Shown one piece after another: positions 10,930 to 20,086 of a stretch of 64,000 nt of DNA; the first letter of the stretch is position 1; each line of letters begins with the position of its first letter. Below the pieces are notes generated by a model, which saw only the letters and a program-made list of their open reading frames with translations, did not search any database and was not told the origin of the DNA. The translations under genes and the position numbers were made by a program. The DNA is from Cyanobacteria bacterium P01_A01_bin.123 (lineage in GTDB: Bacteria > Cyanobacteriota > Cyanobacteriia > Phormidesmidales > Phormidesmidaceae): positions 1 to 64,000 of the forward strand of contig JBCBZT010000030.1 of assembly GCA_039815185.1 (NCBI GenBank), written 5' to 3'.

Positions 10930-11348
10930 AATCAGGCAGCCTCTTAAGTTAGCAACAGAAGATTTTTCAACCGAGCCCTATCACCAGCGACATCAGACTC
11001 AAATACGGTTTAAAGGGTTTTCTTTATGAGACCCATCTTAACTAAATTTAACGTAATTGTTTCGGACAAATCAATCTTGATGCCCGATTTAGCCTCCTAA
11101 AGGCGGTAGATAGTGCTATCCAAGCACTTTTGTAGGGCAGCTCAAAGACAATAGGGGTGGTAAATGCGGCGATCGCAACCGCACCGCGATCGCAACCGCA
11201 CAGCCTAATAAATGCTCTTAACCTATTCTACGGCCCAGTTTGGATGAATAGTCAATTGCATCGCGACCGCTAGAATTACTGCCGTTCCGAATGGAAAGCA
11301 ATTAACATTGGAGCAGTAAGACACATTGGAAAAACTTATCACTGCACT

Positions 11349-11951
11349 ATGGCAAGGGCAAATACGCAGTTGAAAACGACCTCTCGCCAACCTGATCAGT
11401 CCGTAGATACTCAATCGGCAACTAGCATCCAAGCTGCCCAGCAGCCTATGTTAGCCCTTGCAACACTCGATTTAGCAGCCCAAGATGTCCGCACGGTGCT
11501 ACGGGAACAGCGCGAGGAAGGGCAAATCTTGACCACCAAGCTGAATATCTTATTTGTGACCAACGGGGCTTTATTGACCAGTTTGAGTATCTCACGGTTG
11601 ATTATCAGCGGTAGCGTATTCAACGTTGCTGAGGTGATTGGGTTTCTCATGAGTTTTACCCTATTGGTGCGGGCTTTCTTGCCTCGCCAGGTGGCTGTCA
11701 CGCCTAATCTCGAAGACCGTAAATTTTTAGAGACCTATCTGGTACTTTCCTATGAGGAATACCAGTTACAAATGCTGGTCAATTTGGCTCAGACGTATAA
11801 TGCTAATAAGCAGCGTCTAGATGATGTCTCTCAAACGCTCAAGTATGCCGCCTACGCAACTTGGGCTACTGCTGTAGTCATGTTGGCTCATATCCTTGTG
11901 ACTTTTTTAGTGATCGGTGGCTACGACCTCTACTTGGGAATGTTGCGCTAG
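11349..11951 (+). CDS. Membrane protein (about 3 TM), Pycsar-effector/DUF5706-like layout
   Basis: TKLNILFVTNGALL..A-F-L-P-R..EEY..Y..C-terminal TM pattern. Confidence 0.55.
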   Translation: MARANTQLKTTSRQPDQSVDTQSATSIQAAQQPMLALATLDLAAQDVRTVLREQREEGQILTTKLNILFVTNGALLTSLSISRLIISGSVFNVAEVIGFLMSFTLLVRAFLPRQVAVTPNLEDRKFLETYLVLSYEEYQLQMLVNLAQTYNANKQRLDDVSQTLKYAAYATWATAVVMLAHILVTFLVIGGYDLYLGMLR

Positions 11952-11987
11952 GGGTTAACTCCCTCTACAGCGAATTGTTGAGCTGAA

Positions 11988-12374
11988 TTGATGTCTCTTA
12001 TGAATGATGACCCTATCACCATAACTGCAAATCGGTGCATCCGCCTGCCAGAACCCGATGCCGACAACATCACCGTCTTGACTGAAAATTTGCCCAACCA
12101 GCCCATTCTGCCCTGGCATCACTACGACTCTCCTTGGCTAGAAGAACATCGAACCATCGCGAACCCAAACGACAAACAACGTAATATATCTGATGCCAAG
12201 GGCACAGATGACGTCGGGGTTGCAAGCGAGACGTCCGAGCAAAATCCTCTGCATGAGAGTATTGTGGATACTCTACAGTCTCAAACCGCCCCCAGCGCTG
12301 CTGGAGCAGATATCGATCAAGGTCAAGCACTCGATCATCAAGAAAGCTCAGCAACAGAACTCGACGAAATGTAA
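11988..12374 (+). CDS. Hypothetical protein, acidic and probably disordered
   Basis: 128-aa ORF with LPNQPILPWHHYDSPWLE core and low-complexity tail. Confidence 0.6.
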   Translation: MMSLMNDDPITITANRCIRLPEPDADNITVLTENLPNQPILPWHHYDSPWLEEHRTIANPNDKQRNISDAKGTDDVGVASETSEQNPLHESIVDTLQSQTAPSAAGADIDQGQALDHQESSATELDEM

Positions 12375-12639
12375 CCGGACTCTGCCATTGCTGAAGGGGT
12401 TGTGATTTCTAAGTCATTTTCATCACTCAATCCTAGAAATAAATTTTACGGCGGCTTGATTAAAGTCCTTACTAACCGTGATCTGCAAGAGCCAAGCGGG
12501 CAGTATTCTTAATAACCCGAGTTATATTGATGCTTGTCAAAGTAATCTTTAGATTTGCTCATCGTTCGACAGCAACCTGAATAATTCGGACATTGCCCCT
12601 CAGCTTAATCTGACTAATGTTCTAGGGTGTCAGCAACCC

Positions 12640-13704
12640 ATGCATAACTCGATTGCAGCACTTGGTGCGTCAATTCGCAAGACCCTCTACAAGAATTCCT
12701 ATCTGAGTAAAGGGAGTGCCAAATTGTTGCGGCGCATTTTGAGCTCGCTGTCAATCCCCGCCTTTGTCCGGTTCTTAATACACATCAACTATCGCACTGT
12801 CCGAGAGGTATTAGTGTGTACGTTCACTCAGCGCCTTCCTAGCCTGTCGGCAGAAATGGCCTATTATTCGATGCTGGGTTTTTTTCCAGGAATCCTGGCT
12901 GTTTTAACAGCCATCGGCTTTGTAGATATCCTGCAGGAAACCTTTAATCGATTGGCTTGGCGGCTGAGCGAAGTGGCACCGCTAGAGGCGCTAACTTTAA
13001 TTCAAAACTTTGCAGACGAGGTGAGCAACAGCCAGAACCGTAGCTTATTTTCCATTAGCTTCTTAATCGCCCTTTGGGCCTCATCAGGAGCAATTAGTGC
13101 GGCAATGCGAGCCCTCGATCAGATTCACCAAATTCCAAATCAGCAGCGACGCCCCTTTTGGAAAGCTAAGTTGGTATCTTTAAGCCTCACTATAGGTACT
13201 ATTTTGCTGTTGATTATTGCCTCAAGCCTGGTCTTTATCAGCGATTCGATTGTGCATCACGTCGCATTCCAAAGCGGTGACATGATTGAACATTGGATTT
13301 TAAGTACCTGGCGATTGCTGACTTGGCCCCTCGCGTTGGGGATTATTTCATCGGCGTTTAGCCTGATTTATCGGTTCGGCCCCAGCCGCTGGTCGCGGGG
13401 AAAACCCCTGGTACCGGGTGCTGTGTTAGCAGCATTTTCTTGGGTCGGTTTGTCATCGGCATTTCGCCTGTACGTTAGCCACTTTGGCAACTACAACAAA
13501 GTCTATGGGGCTGTAGGGACGGTTATTGTGCTGATGCTCTGGCTCTACCTCAGTTCTCTAGTGCTGCTACTGGGCGATCAGCTGAATGTCAGTGTGGGTC
13601 GAACTATCGTCTTTAAACGTCAACAGCAAAACACTAAAAAGCGGCCATCGATGATTTCCCCTCGGCGCTCTTGGCTCTATCGGTTAAAGCGACCTGATCG
13701 GTAG
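12640..13704 (+). CDS. YihY/virulence factor BrkB family membrane protein
   Basis: SAEMAYYSML.FFP, ALWASSGA, YNKVYGAVGTVIVLMLWLY. Confidence 0.92.
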   Translation: MHNSIAALGASIRKTLYKNSYLSKGSAKLLRRILSSLSIPAFVRFLIHINYRTVREVLVCTFTQRLPSLSAEMAYYSMLGFFPGILAVLTAIGFVDILQETFNRLAWRLSEVAPLEALTLIQNFADEVSNSQNRSLFSISFLIALWASSGAISAAMRALDQIHQIPNQQRRPFWKAKLVSLSLTIGTILLLIIASSLVFISDSIVHHVAFQSGDMIEHWILSTWRLLTWPLALGIISSAFSLIYRFGPSRWSRGKPLVPGAVLAAFSWVGLSSAFRLYVSHFGNYNKVYGAVGTVIVLMLWLYLSSLVLLLGDQLNVSVGRTIVFKRQQQNTKKRPSMISPRRSWLYRLKRPDR

Positions 13705-13716
13705 ATAGGTTAGGCG

Positions 13717-13896
13717 TTATCGCATGCGCTGCAAGCTAGTAAAAATGCCTGTCCCAAAGCAAAGCAACAGCAGCAGCCAAAATACAATACCCGGCAAAAA
13801 TGACAGGATTGAAAATCCCTTCAGCAACCACGCGATCGCAGTGATGCCCAACGTTGCCAGAAAGATTTGAGTTGCAGGTTGCCTATGCATAAGCAT
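13717..13896 (-). CDS. Small 2-TM membrane protein (59 aa)
   Basis: Hydrophobic hairpin; paralogous to 13937-14110; start re-called at ATG 13896. Confidence 0.65.
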   Translation of the reverse strand: MLMHRQPATQIFLATLGITAIAWLLKGFSILSFLPGIVFWLLLLLCFGTGIFTSLQRMR

Positions 13897-13936
13897 GCCA
13901 CTAGGTGGATTAAGACTGGACTCACCAAAAGCGAGA

Positions 13937-14110
13937 CTATTTGCTGCTACGAAGTCCACCCAAAATACCAATACCAAGGGACAACAGAACCATCGCCCAA
14001 ATGACATAGCCAGGGATTTGACTGACCCAGCCCAGCCCACGTAACACTAAGATGATAGCGGCTAGCACTAGCATAACGCCGACAATACTTAGAATGATTC
14101 GGGTAGCCAT
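13937..14110 (-). CDS. Small 2-TM membrane protein (57 aa)
   Basis: MATRIILSIVG..LRGLGWVSQIPGYVIW; start re-called at ATG 14110. Confidence 0.65.
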   Translation of the reverse strand: MATRIILSIVGVMLVLAAIILVLRGLGWVSQIPGYVIWAMVLLSLGIGILGGLRSSK

Positions 14111-14364
14111 AGGCGATCGCAGTGCATAAACCAACAACCTTAAAAGATTATACTTTGGGGTACATAACTTAAATTCTGAAATCTTGGTAGGACAAACTGC
14201 AAACCATGAAAAGTTTACTGAAACTTTATTGGGCAATGACACTTAAACCACAGTCTTGAAGCTAATTTTGAGGATAATACGCAGGTAGAAGCACAAATCT
14301 AATTCTTGGGAATCCTAATCGGTATCGTCTACAGCTTCAGCTAAATTTAGGAGGATAACGCTGC

Positions 14365-14934
14365 ATGCTTAGCCTTGAAAAGCCTCGTGTCGAGAACTTT
14401 CAACCCCACAGCATGACCCAGGCCACACAGCAAGTGGCCCTGCTACGGGGTGATATTTTGGTTGGCACAAACACCTATCGGCCCGGGGGGGGAGCTGTCA
14501 CGGCCCAAATGTATTTACCTCTGGCGCGATCGCAGGCATGGGGGCAACTCACCGACTACTCACGCTGGGTGCAGTTCTTTCCCGATGTGATCCAAAGTAA
14601 GGTGCTAGAAGCAGGGAGTTCTGGTGGTCAAGGGAAGCGGCTATATCAGCTTGCCCGTAAAACCTTTTTGATGTTGACAGCCCAGGCCGAGATTTACCTC
14701 AGGGTGTTTGAGAAACTACATCAGCAAATTCAATTTCGTTTCGAGCGAGGGGCCTTTTCTGATTTTGCCGCTGATCTAACCCTCCAGGACTATCACAACG
14801 GTACCCTCTTGACCTACTCGGTACAAGCGACTCCTTTAATCCCTGTGCCGGGTTTTTTAATTGAGCAGGTACTCCGGCAAGATCTTCCTGGCAATATGGC
14901 GCGCATGCGTAAAGTGCTCTGCTCTAAAGCTTGA
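14365..14934 (+). CDS. SRPBCC / polyketide cyclase-dehydrase family protein
   Basis: W.QLTDY.RW..FFPD, TLLTYSVQATP, DLPGNM; RBS AGGAGG upstream. Confidence 0.85.
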   Translation: MLSLEKPRVENFQPHSMTQATQQVALLRGDILVGTNTYRPGGGAVTAQMYLPLARSQAWGQLTDYSRWVQFFPDVIQSKVLEAGSSGGQGKRLYQLARKTFLMLTAQAEIYLRVFEKLHQQIQFRFERGAFSDFAADLTLQDYHNGTLLTYSVQATPLIPVPGFLIEQVLRQDLPGNMARMRKVLCSKA

Positions 14935-15130
14935 CTTGCCGGTTTGCGAACTGCTACGCCCCCTTGACTTTGACACAAGTCTCGTCGCCCCACCGGCAAT
15001 CGTTGGTGGCCTGAGAGGCAGGGGGCAACGCTTATCTAGCACTGGACTATAAACCTGTACCCAACGGTATAGGACGGTATAGGGTGCTATAGCTGCTTTA
15101 GCTACCCATTAAAATTTTGCCTGCCGACGA

Positions 15131-16489
15131 CTAGGCATCTCGAGAACGCTTGCGTTTGACCTTAGCCACTGTATCTGGTTCTTGTGTACTCAACAGATCT
15201 TCCACTTGGGTTTCCATCTGTTTCAGCATCTCAATAATGGCTGGCAAGGCATCAACTTGATTGATAGAAAGATCAAAATCTTGATGGGTGCGATCGCGGA
15301 TGGTGTTGAGCTGCTGCTGAAGCTTGTGAGCAATGCCGAGGGCGTCTCGACCCAATCTGTCGATTTGTTGCTGTTGATGAAATTTGAGGGCGGCCCCCCG
15401 CAACACCTGGAGCGTCCCTTCTTCACCATAGCTCCCCGGTGTCACCCGAAAACGCAACAGCAAACGGCTACCTTCATAAAGGCGCTCGATTTCAACTTGT
15501 TTGGGGCTGGATACAGAAATCAGCGACAGGTGGGTTAGCCGCTTCAATTCGTTAATGACGCCTTGAAACACTGCCGGTTGAAGATCATCAAGGATGGATT
15601 GAGGCACCCCGTCTTTACTCCAAAGCACCCTGCCTTTATTAACCAGGCGCTCAAAATAAAGACGGCCAATCCCTTGCTCTAAAACCCGACTCAGCAGTGC
15701 CTGCATTAGCTTTTTAGGGGGCAACGACGCCAAACTTTTAATCGGGCTGGTGCGATAGGTTGAATCTACCTGCAAGCGCAGTGGTTCAACATTGCCCGGG
15801 TTAGGCGGTCTTTGAAGGTTAGCTTTAGGCAGCTTGGATGGTGAGGCTGCTGTGCGAGTCCTTTGGGGTACGGATGGGGAAGCCTTTGCGAATGACGACT
15901 TCGCTGTCTGAGGCTGGGACTGTGAGCCTCCTGAGACGGATTTCAGTTCGTCCAGCAGCACTTCTGGGCTGTCTACCACCAGCGTTGATTGGATGTCTGG
16001 GGGAGGATTAACTTTGGGGGCAGGTAAGGGGGGATCATCCGCTGTTGATTCTGGGCTGTCTACCACCAGCGTTGATTGGATGTCTGGGGGGGGATTAACT
16101 TTAGGGGCAGGTAGGGCACGATTGTCTGTTGCTTGGCTTGATGCATCCGGTGGCGAGCCTTTTTGTTGGATCTTAGCGGTATGACTAAGGTATTGGGACA
16201 GCGTATCTCGATGCCAGTCTGAAGAGATTTTCAAGGAAACAATCGAACAATTGATGTAAGACACCAATCGACGGACATAATCAGCCGCCGTCCGATCATT
16301 GGGATCAACCATCCCTAAATTAAGGCGGCTTCCCTGAATCGATAAGGGCACTACTTGGTAGTAGAGACAGGCTTCAAAGGGCAGGATCCCGTCAATCAGC
16401 GCAAACATTTGGTTGAGGTCAACCCGTTCGGCTGCATCCGTTGACCGATTCGGGGCAGATGGGGAAAGATCTTCAGACTTTGTCGACAT
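15131..16489 (-). CDS. GspE/PilB N-terminal-domain protein lacking the ATPase core
   Basis: ILPFEACLYYQVVPL..LNLGMVDP N-domain; C-terminal LRFRVTPGSYGEEGTLQVLRG resembles PilB N2 domain; no Walker A. Confidence 0.65.
   Translation of the reverse strand: MSTKSEDLSPSAPNRSTDAAERVDLNQMFALIDGILPFEACLYYQVVPLSIQGSRLNLGMVDPNDRTAADYVRRLVSYINCSIVSLKISSDWHRDTLSQYLSHTAKIQQKGSPPDASSQATDNRALPAPKVNPPPDIQSTLVVDSPESTADDPPLPAPKVNPPPDIQSTLVVDSPEVLLDELKSVSGGSQSQPQTAKSSFAKASPSVPQRTRTAASPSKLPKANLQRPPNPGNVEPLRLQVDSTYRTSPIKSLASLPPKKLMQALLSRVLEQGIGRLYFERLVNKGRVLWSKDGVPQSILDDLQPAVFQGVINELKRLTHLSLISVSSPKQVEIERLYEGSRLLLRFRVTPGSYGEEGTLQVLRGAALKFHQQQQIDRLGRDALGIAHKLQQQLNTIRDRTHQDFDLSINQVDALPAIIEMLKQMETQVEDLLSTQEPDTVAKVKRKRSRDA
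15962..16113. repeat. Intragenic tandem duplication, period 87 nt (LPAPKVNPPPDIQSTLVVDSPE x2)
   Basis: Near-identical copies start at 15962 and 16049. Confidence 0.95.
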
Positions 16490-16601
16490 AACGGTGGTAG
16501 AAAAGGAACAAAGTGCCCATGTTCTCTATGCTAAGCATCTATATAGAAATACAGTGCTTATTTAAAGAAGCAGTAAGAAAATGGCTCCTGACTCAAGCAA
16601 T

Positions 16602-17735
16602 TCACGACACGCTACGCAAATCCTGGGCAGCTAGGTAAAGTTTTGCCCATTCAGAGATGACCTGTTTGGGTTTTAGCTTAAGCTCTTGGGCGATTGACTC
16701 TATTCCTTGTCCCCCTTTGAGACGATCTAGGATGTGCTGCTGCTGCTGCGATAACTGAGTCCAGTATTGCTGCCATTGGCCAGGCGTGAGCCCCAAACTA
16801 TGATCTTTCAGAGAGGTTTTTAGCCAGCTAAACACCAAGTCAGGTTGTTCTTTCAGGGTGAATACGCGGATAGCGTGATAGTTAACTTTCTCGCGCAGGC
16901 GATAGATCTGTTGAACAGGCATAGAAAGCTTTTGAGCGATCGCATCTTGGCTATGCCCCTGTAGGTAAAGCTCTAGCCACTCAGCAGCGGTGGCGTCTAA
17001 ATTTTCGTGCAAATAGTTTATAAATTGCTGCTTCACCTCTTGCCGCGCAATTTGTTGCTGCAAGCCATCCTGCTGGGCCTGATAATCAACCATGGCCTGA
17101 ATATCAAGCAAACTTAGAGAGGCATCATCACTGTCAGTGGCAATTTCATCGGAAACCAGCTTAATTAAGTCACCCGTGGGCACCTGGGTCATACCGCCCC
17201 GCTGCGATCGCCGCAGATAATTCACAAATCGATAGACCAGTAGGGGCTGGTTGCGAATCGGACGCAGGCAGTACTCCTCAATACTGGCCAAGGTGAGGGT
17301 ATTGCGGAGCCTATTATTGGCTGTACATTGAGCAATCCAGGCCGTTTGCTGACGCAGGTGATTATCGCTTTGCAACATCTCTTGAATCACCTCTTGCAGC
17401 ACATCTTGCACAGACCGATAGCGATCGCGACTCAGAGAAATCCAAGTGCGAATTTTGCTGCGGATTAGAAACAAGCTACCCAGCCGTCGCAACAGCTGTT
17501 CGTAGGCTCGAGCTGAACTCATACCCCAGTAGCGTCGCTGCAAAATGCGATAGCGATATTCGATCGCCTGGTAAGCAATTTTGAGCGCTGCGGCATCCAA
17601 ATCATCAAATCGCGCCTGATCTTCTCCAAGCAACCACTGTACAATCCCGTTATAGGTATCCTCGGACTGCTTTGGATAATCTGCTTGAAGCCTTGTGCGC
17701 CAAGTTTTTTCTAATGTGTCAGCTAGTGCCATCAA
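16602..17735 (-). CDS. HetZ-related protein (sigma-like HTH regulator)
   Basis: LGSLFLIRSKIRTWISLSRDR, EEYCLRPIRNQPLLVYRFVNYLRR, HSLGLTPGQW; two HTH-like segments. Confidence 0.8.
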   Translation of the reverse strand: MMALADTLEKTWRTRLQADYPKQSEDTYNGIVQWLLGEDQARFDDLDAAALKIAYQAIEYRYRILQRRYWGMSSARAYEQLLRRLGSLFLIRSKIRTWISLSRDRYRSVQDVLQEVIQEMLQSDNHLRQQTAWIAQCTANNRLRNTLTLASIEEYCLRPIRNQPLLVYRFVNYLRRSQRGGMTQVPTGDLIKLVSDEIATDSDDASLSLLDIQAMVDYQAQQDGLQQQIARQEVKQQFINYLHENLDATAAEWLELYLQGHSQDAIAQKLSMPVQQIYRLREKVNYHAIRVFTLKEQPDLVFSWLKTSLKDHSLGLTPGQWQQYWTQLSQQQQHILDRLKGGQGIESIAQELKLKPKQVISEWAKLYLAAQDLRSVS

Positions 17736-18071
17736 TCAGCTGTCCCCCACATACATTCCCCCTATGACTTCCGATCTAGCCAAACACCATACCCTCCTCA
17801 TTGAAGGCGGCAGACGACACAGCACACTTCATCATATTGAATCTTGCCAAAAGCGGACTAAATTTCTGATAAATCATCAATCAGCATCTTAATCACAACA
17901 GGTATTCAAAGGGGGGCTCAAAAGTGCTTTTTGCTACCTTACCCGCCTTCGTTGACCGCTTAATCCTGAGTTCCTGAAATTCAAAATCCCACAGAATTTA
18001 GGGGTCAAATGCCCTCTAGGATACCCACAAAGGGAAGGGCACAGCACATTAAAGGCTTTGCAGACGGCCGT

Positions 18072-18332
18072 TCAAGACGCTAACTTATTTTGGGCTTCTA
18101 AGGCTGCAGCAAGTCGTTGCAAAGTTTGAGTCAACTGATTAATTTGATCAAGGGAACTGTCTTGATTTTCTGCCAGGGTTTGAATCGCATCACTCAAGGC
18201 AAAAATCTGATAGCCTTGCTGCTGCATTTGCACGGCCATGGCATCAACCCGCTCAGCTAGTCGATCAAGCGTTTCGGTGCTGGCCAATACCGTTTCTGCT
18301 GTCTTCTGGACAATTGCTTGCAACTCACTCAA
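18072..18332 (-). CDS. Small coiled-coil hypothetical protein
   Basis: Heptad-rich 86-aa ORF with GAGGA RBS upstream. Confidence 0.65.
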   Translation of the reverse strand: MSELQAIVQKTAETVLASTETLDRLAERVDAMAVQMQQQGYQIFALSDAIQTLAENQDSSLDQINQLTQTLQRLAAALEAQNKLAS

Positions 18333-18620
18333 GGCACATTCCTCACCGATAAACGACTTTATACTATCGCTTCCCTTATGATCATTTCTGTCCTTTACTG
18401 CCCTCTTCGAGAGAGCAAGTAAAGTGCTCTATGTGGCTGCTAGTTTTCTCTGAGTCATCTGGGAACTCACTTTACAATAACTTCACAGTCCGCGTCCTAC
18501 TTCCGGTTGGAGTAAAAAGATTTGGCAAATTTGCTCAGCGCCGACTGTTATTCTCGAGATTTTTTTGTAGGTTCTACGTATCAGTACGGATAAGCTTAGT
18601 AGGATATAAGGGGTCAAAAC

Positions 18621-19394
18621 GTGTTTTTACCGACTAAGGCGAAGTACCAATCAGTGTTGCAGGGCAATCAGAGTATCTCTACTGAGTCGGTTGAGCATCA
18701 ATCGGCAGGGCGTGAGTCAAGATTAGAGCGCGATTGTTTGAACAAAGCGGTTGTCTCTCAAACGGCCCAGTCCGATTGCCCAGAGGCTCATATTTCAGCT
18801 TCCTGCCTGATCAAGCGAACACTGGATGTGCTTGGCGCACTAGTGGGCTTGACCATTGTAGGGCTGATGTTCATCCCGATTGCGATCGCGATTAAGATCG
18901 ATAGCGCTGGCCCCATTTTCTATTCCCAAACACGTTATGGACTACAGGGCAAACCGTTTAAGATTTGGAAATTCCGCTCAATGGTGCAATCCGCTGATAC
19001 CCTCAAGCATCGAGTTGAGAATAAAGCTCAGGGGTTAATCTTTAAGAACGAAGATGATCCGCGTATTACCCGCGTAGGCAGGTTTTTGAGAAAAACTAGC
19101 CTTGATGAGTTCCCTCAGTTTTTGAATGTTTTGAAGGGAGATATGAGCTTAGTGGGTACCCGTCCTCCGACGGCAGATGAAGTGGCCCAATATGCCCCTC
19201 ACCACTGGCAACGTTTGGCTGTTAAACCCGGCATGACTGGACAATGGCAAGTCAGCGGGCGATCGCAAATCAAAGACTTTGAAGAGATTGTCAAGCTGGA
19301 TTTGGAATATCAGCAATCCTGGTCAGCGTTGTACGACCTCAAGCTTGTATTTAGAACAGTACAGGTCTTATTGACTCGACAAGGCGCGTGCTAG
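18621..19394 (+). CDS. Bacterial sugar transferase (WcaJ/WbaP-like phosphoglycosyltransferase)
   Basis: IKRTLDV, KFRSM, DPRITRVGRFLRKTSLDEFPQ, SLVGTRP, KPGMTGQWQV. Confidence 0.93.
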   Translation: MFLPTKAKYQSVLQGNQSISTESVEHQSAGRESRLERDCLNKAVVSQTAQSDCPEAHISASCLIKRTLDVLGALVGLTIVGLMFIPIAIAIKIDSAGPIFYSQTRYGLQGKPFKIWKFRSMVQSADTLKHRVENKAQGLIFKNEDDPRITRVGRFLRKTSLDEFPQFLNVLKGDMSLVGTRPPTADEVAQYAPHHWQRLAVKPGMTGQWQVSGRSQIKDFEEIVKLDLEYQQSWSALYDLKLVFRTVQVLLTRQGAC

Positions 19395-19472
19395 CAAACC
19401 GCATCCGGTGTAAGTGCTTGAGTAGGGGTGCCAGGTTCTGCACTCCTCCAAACAAAGCGCTATAGTTTTGGA

Positions 19473-19570
19473 TTTACACTGGGAGTTCACATCATTTTGA
19501 GCCCCAGCTAGGTTAACGTCCCCTCTGATTGTCACAATAGGGAAGGCATGAACAGTGCCTTCCCTATTTT
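19473..19570 (+). ncRNA. Candidate small RNA (possibly NsiR4-like)
   Basis: -10-like TATAGT at 19461; 5' hairpin; unpaired CCCCTCTGATTG; intrinsic terminator ending in a T run. Confidence 0.5.
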
Positions 19571-19571
19571 T
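19535..19571 (+). terminator. Intrinsic terminator AATAGGGAAGGCA-loop-TGCCTTCCCTATTTTT
   Basis: 13-bp perfect stem followed by a T tract. Confidence 0.85.
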
Positions 19572-19578
19572 GTGAACC

Positions 19579-20058
19579 ATGCCTTTAACCATTGCGCTGA
19601 ATCAGTCTGATATCCACACTCTGAATCTGACCCCGGCAACAGCTGTATTGGAGCCGTTGCTCGAATCTCAAGCAGCCTTTGAACCCGCGACTCAAATCAC
19701 CTTTGCGATTGACTACCCCCGCGACCCCAGTGACCCGAGGGAACTTTCGGAAATCCCTGAAATCCGCCTGTGGTTTATTCGTTTGGATACGATCTATCCT
19801 TGGATACCGCTGTTGCTTCATTGGGAAGCCGGAGAATTAGGACGCTATGCCGCTATGCTGGTGCCCCATCAATTTAGCCCCCGCGAAGGGATTCGCTACA
19901 ATCCTGAAGCTCTAGAAATCTTTGTCATGCATAAGATCTTTAGCATTACCCAGTGGATGAGCCAACGCTCCTTTGAGGGACACAGTAAGCTCAAACTAAT
20001 GACCCAAATGCTGGGCTATGAGCTAGACGATAGCCTGTTTAATTTACTCTCACCCTAA
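19579..20058 (+). CDS. CRR6-family NdhI maturation factor (DUF1817)
   Basis: DPRELSEIPEIRLWFIRLD..YPW, GELGRYAAMLVPHQF, NPEALEIFVMHK. Confidence 0.88.
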   Translation: MPLTIALNQSDIHTLNLTPATAVLEPLLESQAAFEPATQITFAIDYPRDPSDPRELSEIPEIRLWFIRLDTIYPWIPLLLHWEAGELGRYAAMLVPHQFSPREGIRYNPEALEIFVMHKIFSITQWMSQRSFEGHSKLKLMTQMLGYELDDSLFNLLSP

Positions 20059-20086
20059 GGCTCTAAAGTCCCAAACTTTTCGTACA

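Noticed and set aside
19420..19480. NtcA box upstream of the candidate sRNA
   Set aside because: No GTA-N8-TAC at a suitable distance; only imperfect palindromes
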